A DNA stretch of 64,000 bases from Vibrionaceae bacterium. GTDB lineage: Bacteria; Pseudomonadota; Gammaproteobacteria; Enterobacterales; Vibrionaceae. This document shows, piece after piece, positions 58,136 through 64,000 of the stretch. Where the stretch lies: NCBI GenBank assembly GCA_018222805.1, contig JAAEZQ010000002.1:288415-352414 (forward strand), in the 5' to 3' direction. Numbering within the stretch: the stretch's first letter is position 1; the number at the start of each line of letters is the position of its first letter. The translations under genes were made by a program, and so were the position numbers. The notes beneath the pieces are model-generated. The model had not been told where the DNA came from, did not search any database, and saw nothing but the letters and a program-made list of their open reading frames with translations.

Positions 58136-58984
58136 TTAGGCTCCTTGTGTCTCAGGTTGCTTGTGGACGTCGTGAATGTTTGGGAAAGAAGCCCATAGCT
58201 TTTGCGTATACGGATGTTGAGGGTGATTGCGAATTTGGTATGCTTGATTGACTTCGACAATTTCTCCGTGGCGCATGATGGCTATTCTGTCGCACAATTG
58301 GCTCATCAGCGCCAAGTCATGCGTGATGAAGAGTACCGAAAACCCAAACTCATCTCTAAGCTGATAGATTTGCTGTAAAATTTCTCTCTGTACAACGACA
58401 TCTAAAGCCGTTGTTGGTTCGTCCATAATGATAAGTTTTGGATTGAGAGACAGAGCGATGGCTATCACCAAACGCTGACGCATCCCACCAGAAAATTGAT
58501 GTGGGTATTCGCTTAACCGCTCTCGAGGGATATTGACCAAGTCCATCAATTTCTCTGCTCGATCCTTCGCTTGAGCATTGGTTAAGCCTTGGTGATAACA
58601 CAATACATCGGCAAATTGCTCTTGAATCGTTAAGACAGGGTTGAGTGAGTTCATCGCGCTTTGAAAAACCATCGCGATTTCACTCCATCGTAGAGCCGTC
58701 AGCTCAGAATCCGAGAGGCTAAGGATATCTTTTCCCTCAAACAGTATTTTGCCGCCAGAAATGAACGCTGGCGGCTTATGGAGACGATTTATCGAGAACG
58801 CGATCGTGCTTTTCCCGCACCCTGACTCGCCTGCAAGACCAAATACCTCCCCTTTGCCGATATCAAAACTGACGGATTTCACTGCTTTAAAATCACCATT
58901 ATCAGTGATGTAATCGACACACAAATCTCTGATCTGGATGACCGGATCATTGTGGTATGCATGATTTAAGTTAATACCACTCAT
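58136..58984 (-). CDS. Peptide/nickel-type ABC transporter ATP-binding protein (DppD/OppD-like)
   Basis: Walker A GESGCGKST, signature FSGGMRQRL, C-terminal QHPYTQ. Confidence 0.85.
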   Translation of the reverse strand: MSGINLNHAYHNDPVIQIRDLCVDYITDNGDFKAVKSVSFDIGKGEVFGLAGESGCGKSTIAFSINRLHKPPAFISGGKILFEGKDILSLSDSELTALRWSEIAMVFQSAMNSLNPVLTIQEQFADVLCYHQGLTNAQAKDRAEKLMDLVNIPRERLSEYPHQFSGGMRQRLVIAIALSLNPKLIIMDEPTTALDVVVQREILQQIYQLRDEFGFSVLFITHDLALMSQLCDRIAIMRHGEIVEVNQAYQIRNHPQHPYTQKLWASFPNIHDVHKQPETQGA

Positions 58985-59007
58985 ATAAATACCTTACCAA
59001 TCTAAAA

Positions 59008-59026
59008 GATAATTATTATCATTACC
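59008..59026. promoter_or_regulatory. Fur-box-like sequence upstream of the ABC ATPase operon
   Basis: GATAATTATTATCATTACC matches GATAATGATAATCATTATC at 16 of 19 positions, 24 nt upstream of the start codon at 58984. Confidence 0.55.
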
Positions 59027-59346
59027 ATGATGGGAAGGTTTTTAGAAAGTGACAAACGGAGAATCAGTGAAGTGACTCGAAAGTTAAGTGAAACAAATAG
59101 TGGTTTATGGTGTAGGTTATAAACGTCAAAGAGGACAAAAATGAGAGCTGGATCAGCACACTTTTCTTAGGGGTAATCATTCAAATTTAATCTTAATTCA
59201 TTCCTTTGGCAAAACTTAAATGATGAATCTGTTAATGAGTTCGTGAAAGGTAGGGAGGGTTCACATTTCCCTATAGTTTTTCTTACCACACCTAATGGGG
59301 TTTGCTATAGATTACTCATCGAAAACATGGTGTGTTCGGAGGAAAT

Positions 59347-59544
59347 ATGTCCATTAATTCTATCGACCATGAAGAAATGAGTAACATCGCTCACAAGTGG
59401 GAACTACCTGAAGAGGAGTCCGTTGTGCAGCCTGACAAAACCGTGAAATCGGCAGAAGCCAGAAGACGCATTGAGGCACTTCGTGAAATCCGTGAAAGCG
59501 GTTTGACGATGGAAGAAGCCAGAGAACTGGGTTTGATTCACTGA
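59347..59544 (+). CDS. Small charged conserved-looking hypothetical protein (65 aa)
   Basis: GGAGGA SD before the ATG at 59347. Helical ARRRIEALREIRE segment. Family uncertain. Confidence 0.45.
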   Translation: MSINSIDHEEMSNIAHKWELPEEESVVQPDKTVKSAEARRRIEALREIRESGLTMEEARELGLIH

Positions 59545-59719
59545 TTCATCTTTGTCACCAACAAACAATGTAAAGGGTAGCATTCAGCTACCCTTTTTAA
59601 TTTTTGCACCAGCACATCAACGTTTATTGTTTTATCTATAGTTAACCCGCCTTTCTACAGAAGTATTCGCCGGACAACCACGTAATCAAAGCGTGCTGTC
59701 CCTTTAGTAAGCGAGGTCT

Positions 59720-59734
59720 GTTTACACTGTAAAT
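59720..59734. promoter_or_regulatory. parS2-type site 6
   Basis: GTTTACACTGTAAAT. Confidence 0.75.
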
Positions 59735-59813
59735 GGAGCTTGCAAAAAATGGCCTTATCGGGATGTGTTGTAAGGGATATTTATTCGCAGCCGAACGCGT
59801 TGAAATTTGATGC

Positions 59814-59843
59814 GATACTGACAGATACTGACAGATACTGACA
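59814..59843. repeat. 10-bp tandem repeat x3
   Basis: GATACTGACA repeated three times exactly. Confidence 0.9.
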
Positions 59844-59946
59844 CCAGTAGTTTGAAATTGATCAAGTTAAGTTCGTTTCTATTCTCCAATTGCGAGTCGG
59901 TATGCTATAGTGCGCGGCTAGTATTTAAAGTACCTTGAGGCTGTGA

Positions 59947-60156
59947 ATGTCGTTTAATCTATCCCTATTGCCGCCTGATGAAAAAAACAAAATCGAACTG
60001 GATAAGCAAGCGTCGTTTTTGGTTTGGAAACTCAGAGAGGCCAAATCTGGTCCTGAAGTGATAGAAGAGCAACTATCTAAGATTAACGATGCTGATGAAA
60101 AAGCGTTTTTCCAGCAATCGGTTGAAAAGTACAAGCGAGTAATGGGTGTCGCGTAA
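59947..60156 (+). CDS. Small hypothetical protein (69 aa)
   Basis: GAGG SD. Helical, charged. Family not confidently recognised (possibly DUF3283-like). Confidence 0.45.
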   Translation: MSFNLSLLPPDEKNKIELDKQASFLVWKLREAKSGPEVIEEQLSKINDADEKAFFQQSVEKYKRVMGVA

Positions 60157-60293
60157 CGCGAATCGTGGCTCTGGTGTGAATCAATGCGGCGAATGAGATA
60201 ACTTCCCCATTCCTCTGCAAAGCGAAAATTGAAAAGGTTTCGCTTTTTGCTAAAATCCTTCGCATTAAATTTGAATTTAGAGAGAACATCCCG

Positions 60294-61010
60294 ATGGGAA
60301 GAAGTTTTGAAGTGCGCAAAGCCTCAATGGCGAAAACAGCGGGCGCAAAAATTAAAGTTTATTCCAAATACGGTAAAGAAATTTACATGTGCGCGAAAAA
60401 TGGCGGTGCAGATCCAGACATGAACTTGTCTCTTAAGCACCTGATCGCGAAAGCGAAAAAAGACCAAGTTCCTGCACACGTTATCGACAAAGCGATTGAT
60501 AAAGCGAGTGGCGGTGGCGGTGAAGATTACCAACCAGCGCGTTACGAAGGCTTTGGCCCAGGCGGCACAAGTGTCATCGTGGATTGTCTAACAGATAACG
60601 GCAACCGTACTTTCCAAGATGTTCGCCAGTGTTTTGTAAAAACAGGCGCGAAAATTGGTGTTGAAGGTTCTGTATCTCACATGTTCGATCACCAAGCGGT
60701 ATTCCAGTTCAAAGGCGATGATGACGAAATCATTCTAGAAACGCTAATGATGGATGACGTTGATGTGACTGACGTTGAACTTGAAGATGGTGTGATCACG
60801 GTATTTGCACCTCACACTGAGTTCTTCAAAACAAAAACTGCACTAAACAATGCATTCCCAGATCTGACTCTTGATGTGGAAGAGATCACTTTCGTTCCTC
60901 AAACTCACACTCCGATCGCGGGTGAAGATGCTGAGAAATTCCAGAAGTTCCTAGACCTTCTTGATGACTGTGACGACGTTCAGCAGGTTTACCATAACGC
61001 TGAGCTGTAA
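60294..61010 (+). CDS. yebC: YebC/PmpR-family DNA-binding transcriptional regulator
   Basis: 238 aa. [16 protein letters not shown]-terminus and family-typical YEGFGPGG and NVQ-like motifs. Confidence 0.85.
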   Translation: MGRSFEVRKASMAKTAGAKIKVYSKYGKEIYMCAKNGGADPDMNLSLKHLIAKAKKDQVPAHVIDKAIDKASGGGGEDYQPARYEGFGPGGTSVIVDCLTDNGNRTFQDVRQCFVKTGAKIGVEGSVSHMFDHQAVFQFKGDDDEIILETLMMDDVDVTDVELEDGVITVFAPHTEFFKTKTALNNAFPDLTLDVEEITFVPQTHTPIAGEDAEKFQKFLDLLDDCDDVQQVYHNAEL

Positions 61011-61032
61011 TTCGTTCGCGAATTCGATTGAA

Positions 61033-61058
61033 AAGGCTTCCTTCGGGAAGCCTTTTTT
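61033..61058 (+). terminator. Terminator after yebC
   Basis: AAGGCTTCC-ttcg-GGAAGCCTT followed by TTTT. Confidence 0.75.
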
Positions 61059-61243
61059 GATCGCGCCGTAAGTGAATCTTCAATCTTGCTTCAATCTTGC
61101 AGATTGGGAGAGCAATACAACCATTCATCCGTGCTAGCCCCCATTCACTCCGCAAAAAGACCGTTGGTCGCATCTCTCAGCAGGGGAGGGCACCTTTTCT
61201 TAATCTGAAACCATCTAATTACTTTTGATCAAGGACAGTTACC

Positions 61244-61912
61244 ATGATGGTTTTCAATTCGCACTTCGCTTCGAGATTCAAATTATTCAGTACTCTGCTT
61301 ACCGTTCTCGTGCTAAGCAGTAGTTTCGCATTTGCCAACCCAACGGATTCATTACTCCACCGATTTAACCAAGCTGAACAGGGCGATCCAGGCATGGTAG
61401 ATAGTGTTCATGACGAGTTATCAGCTCTGCTTGAGCAGCAAGGAGCAACGCCTTTGACCTTGGTATACCTCGGTTGCACCCAAAATCTGCAAGGTCGGGA
61501 TGCGTTTATGCCTTGGAATAAGATGAAGTTCGCTGAGCGAGGCCTCGCGACGATACAAAAAGGTTTGGATTTGATGGCTAGCCAGCCGATACCGGTTCAA
61601 GAGCAGCAACGACTGCAAGGCTTACCGGAATACCAGTTAGCGACCGCGATGGCTGCGACAACTTATACTGCACTTCCTGATATGTTCAATCACTTTGAGC
61701 GAGGCTATGAGCTGTACCTTGCTTTACTCAACGATCCAAGCTTCCAGCAACAGCCTTTTTCCTATACCGCATGGGTTTACCGTTACGGCATTGAGGCCGC
61801 TTTACGCGCCGACGATCAGACACAAGCCAAAGCTTGGTTGGCTGAGATGGAGCGCATAGATTATGACAATCCTGAAACGCAAAACGCTAAGTCTCTGATC
61901 GCGAAACATTAA
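61244..61912 (+). CDS. Secreted hypothetical protein (helical, possibly TPR-like)
   Basis: Signal peptide ...SSSFAFA-NP. First gene of the cluster with the following ABC genes. Confidence 0.5.
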   Translation: MMVFNSHFASRFKLFSTLLTVLVLSSSFAFANPTDSLLHRFNQAEQGDPGMVDSVHDELSALLEQQGATPLTLVYLGCTQNLQGRDAFMPWNKMKFAERGLATIQKGLDLMASQPIPVQEQQRLQGLPEYQLATAMAATTYTALPDMFNHFERGYELYLALLNDPSFQQQPFSYTAWVYRYGIEAALRADDQTQAKAWLAEMERIDYDNPETQNAKSLIAKH

Positions 61913-61921
61913 GGAGCCATT

Positions 61922-62620
61922 ATGATTACTTTCAATCAACTCAGTCGTGATTATGTCTTAGGGAACCAGATGGTTCATGCGCTGAGAAACGTGTCAGGGG
62001 AAGTGTTTGCCGGAGAGATGGTCGCGCTGTGTGGTCCTTCTGGTTCGGGCAAAAGCACGCTCCTTAATATTCTTGGCATTCTGGATACGCATTATCACGG
62101 GCAAGTGACCTTTAAAGGAAGCCCGTACCCAACCGGACAAATGGAAGCCGCTAAAATGCGCCGTCAAAAGCTCGGTTTTGTATTCCAGAAATTCAACTTA
62201 GTGCCAGTGATGACGGCCATAGAGAATGTAGCCTATCCGTTGCATCTCAACGGTTTTTCCAAAGCCGAACAAACTAGGCTAGCGAGCGAAATGCTTGAAC
62301 TCGTGGGGCTTGGGGAGTTCATTCACCATATGCCAGATAACTTGTCGGGAGGTCAGCAGCAACGAGTCGCGATTGCGCGTGCTCTGGTCCACAAACCGGC
62401 ATTGGTGATTGCAGATGAACCAACCGCCAGTCTGGACAGCCAAAGTGCCAATAAGGCTATCGACATCATGAAAGAACTAGGACACGAAAGGGGCACCACA
62501 TTCATTATTGCGACTCACGATCTGCGAATGGCTTCACGCTGTGATTGTACCATTGAGCTGGTCGACGGAAACATTACTCACACGCCTCATGGTGCTGAGG
62601 AGGTTTTATGGGCAAGTTAA
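61922..62620 (+). CDS. ABC transporter ATP-binding protein (LolD/MacB-type)
   Basis: Walker A GPSGSGKST, signature LSGGQQQRVAIARAL, Walker B VIADEPTASLD. Confidence 0.85.
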   Translation: MITFNQLSRDYVLGNQMVHALRNVSGEVFAGEMVALCGPSGSGKSTLLNILGILDTHYHGQVTFKGSPYPTGQMEAAKMRRQKLGFVFQKFNLVPVMTAIENVAYPLHLNGFSKAEQTRLASEMLELVGLGEFIHHMPDNLSGGQQQRVAIARALVHKPALVIADEPTASLDSQSANKAIDIMKELGHERGTTFIIATHDLRMASRCDCTIELVDGNITHTPHGAEEVLWAS

Positions 62621-63876
62621 TCCCAGCTTCGGTTCGCCTTGCGTGGTTAAACCTACAACGTAACCGTCGCCGCAGCCTGCTTTCAATACTTATTATCGCG
62701 ATTGCTGTATTTGCCCTGACCAGTGCAGGCGGTTTTGGCCTTTACACCTATGACAGTTTGAAAGAGTCCACCGCGCGCGATACCGGGCATTTAACCCTAA
62801 CAACGCCTGGATACTTCACGAAAGAGGAGGAGATGCCTCTCAGCAATGGTCTACGCCATGCTGATGATATTACCAAGCAACTGATCGGCATTAATGACGT
62901 ACGAGGGGTGCAGCCGCGCGTGGAGTTCAGCGGATTGATTTCCAATGGTACCAAGTCAACCATATTTATGGGCATCGGAGTGAATGACCGAGAGTTCGAT
63001 ATGAAAGGGCCATTTCTGGATGTGCGAGAAGGACAGACGCTGTCCAATATCCACGCTTCACGTTATGACCCTACAGAACCGGAAGTTATGTTAGGTGCGG
63101 ATCTCGCCAGCAATCTGAACGTAAGTGTAGGTGACTGGATCACATTACTGGCTACGACTACGGATGGGGCTCTCAATGCTTATGACTTTAAGATCCGTGG
63201 CATCTATTCAACGGGCGTTCCAGAGCTAGATAAACGTCAGTTGTATGTACACATTCATAGTGCGCAGGCTTTGCTTGGTTCAGACAAAGTCAGCGCGTTA
63301 TCGGTTTTCTTATTCGATACCAACCTGACGGCCAAAGTCGAAGGACAAGTGGCGATGATGCTTGCAAATCAAAATCAGTATTTCGGTAACCAGGAAGTTG
63401 AAATTACACCATGGCAAGAACGCGCGTTCTTCTATCTCAAAGTTAAGGATTTGTACGATCGTATCTTCGGCATCATGGGGACGGTAATGGCGCTGGTGGT
63501 GTTTGTCGCCCTGTTTAATACCATGACCATGTCCGTCACTGAGCGCACGCGTGAGATTGGTACTTTATCTGCGCTGGGTAGTTATCCACATGAAATCATA
63601 GCCGGTTTCTTAAGAGAGGCGGGGCTGCTTGCCGTGCTAGGAAGCCTACTTGGCGGGCTATTAACTGCCATTGTAGCGGTCTTTTTGATGGTAGTTGAAG
63701 TACAGATGCCACCACCTCCGGGACGTACCGAGGGATATCCGCTCAACATTTACTTCTCTTGGGAGTTAGTTGCACTAGCTGGATTCGCCGTTCTAATGAT
63801 CTGTTTGGTTGCGGCGTTTTTCTCGGCGCGCAAAGGGGTGAACAAACCCATTACTGAGGCACTGATTTATGTTTAA
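62608..63876 (+). CDS. FtsX/LolE-type ABC permease
   Basis: 422 aa. TM1, a large periplasmic domain, then 3 C-terminal TM segments. Overlaps the ATPase stop. Confidence 0.8.
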   Translation: MGKLIPASVRLAWLNLQRNRRRSLLSILIIAIAVFALTSAGGFGLYTYDSLKESTARDTGHLTLTTPGYFTKEEEMPLSNGLRHADDITKQLIGINDVRGVQPRVEFSGLISNGTKSTIFMGIGVNDREFDMKGPFLDVREGQTLSNIHASRYDPTEPEVMLGADLASNLNVSVGDWITLLATTTDGALNAYDFKIRGIYSTGVPELDKRQLYVHIHSAQALLGSDKVSALSVFLFDTNLTAKVEGQVAMMLANQNQYFGNQEVEITPWQERAFFYLKVKDLYDRIFGIMGTVMALVVFVALFNTMTMSVTERTREIGTLSALGSYPHEIIAGFLREAGLLAVLGSLLGGLLTAIVAVFLMVVEVQMPPPPGRTEGYPLNIYFSWELVALAGFAVLMICLVAAFFSARKGVNKPITEALIYV

Positions 63877-64000
63877 TTTCACACGAATAATGCCATTGGC
63901 ACTTTTAGCATTCTGCGGTGCCGTCTCTGCGAATGTTCCAACTTTGGATACACAGCAAGTGGCGCAATTAATGGAAAAAGCCGACAGTTACCGCTTGCAG
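63869..64000 (+). CDS. 5' part of an outer-membrane lipoprotein-sorting (LolA-like) protein, truncated by the window end
   Basis: ATG at 63869 overlaps the permease stop. Signal peptide MFNFTRIMPLALLAFCGAVSA. Family call is from context and the N-terminal pattern only. Confidence 0.4.
   Translation, partial: MFNFTRIMPLALLAFCGAVSANVPTLDTQQVAQLMEKADSYRLQ

Noticed and set aside
343-63047. Many 60-150-aa track ORFs lying antisense to, or out of frame within, the large genes (for example 343-642, 2041-2385, 8836-9258, 26887-27222, 44776-45129, 52277-52738, 55887-56336).
   Set aside because: They are fully embedded in longer ORFs with clear family signatures. They have no SD or family motifs and show low-complexity or Arg/Ser-rich composition, typical of shadow frames.
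1-64000. Search for defence systems, toxin-antitoxin pairs, CRISPR arrays, integrases or transposases, prophage genes, and tRNA or rRNA genes.
   Set aside because: I could recognise none. All large ORFs have housekeeping or accessory-metabolic family signatures, and the synteny looks like conserved Vibrio Chr2 origin-proximal DNA.

Overview
This window looks like the replication-origin neighbourhood of a Vibrio secondary chromosome (Chr2). The vibrioferrin genes suggest a Harveyi-clade (parahaemolyticus/alginolyticus-like) genome, but that is inference only.

Origin core, about 46.8-59.8 kb:
- rctB initiator.
- ori2 with six phased GATC-containing 12-mer iterons, one perfect DnaA box and a GATC-dense AT-rich tract.
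- An inc-like region with more iterons and a 39-bp inverted repeat.
- parA2-parB2 and six parS2-type palindromes (TTTACANTGTAAA).

Left flank, in order:
- vibrioferrin operon pvsA'(partial)-BCDE, then a porin next to a decayed sugar-ABC ATPase gene.
- An AttEFGH-like ABC/FtsX/lipocalin cluster.
- ohr-ohrR, ahpCF, a Ser-type sulfatase and a CtlX-like hydrolase.
- A put locus: AraC-type regulator, putA, a separately encoded PutA C-terminal domain, putP.
- vqmR-vqmA quorum sensing, then pdxH.
- A histidine kinase with a degenerate sigma54-type regulator, upstream of a LapC-LapG-LapD-LapB c-di-GMP/T1SS module.
- MscS, an OppA/MppA-like binding protein with mpaA, a DUF342/FapA-like gene and tmcA.

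Right of rctB:
- A Fur-box operon of two permease-less peptide-type ABC ATPases plus a coupled hypothetical.
- Small conserved ORFs and yebC.
- A second FtsX-type ABC with a LolA-like partner.

I found no rRNA, tRNA, CRISPR, transposase, integrase or recognisable defence or phage island, so most of the window is ordinary core Chr2.

The most interesting signals are non-coding. Exact copies of ori2/inc RctB iterons sit 22 kb away, around vqmR-vqmA, including a perfect 30-bp back-to-back iteron palindrome and a 21-nt exact copy of an inc iteron. More copies lie downstream of rctB, inside a coding frame. Other points worth a second look are the split PutA, the three parS2 sites within 80 bp, and the Fur-box orphan ATPase operon.

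All functional calls rest on motif and family recognition by eye. No searches were run.
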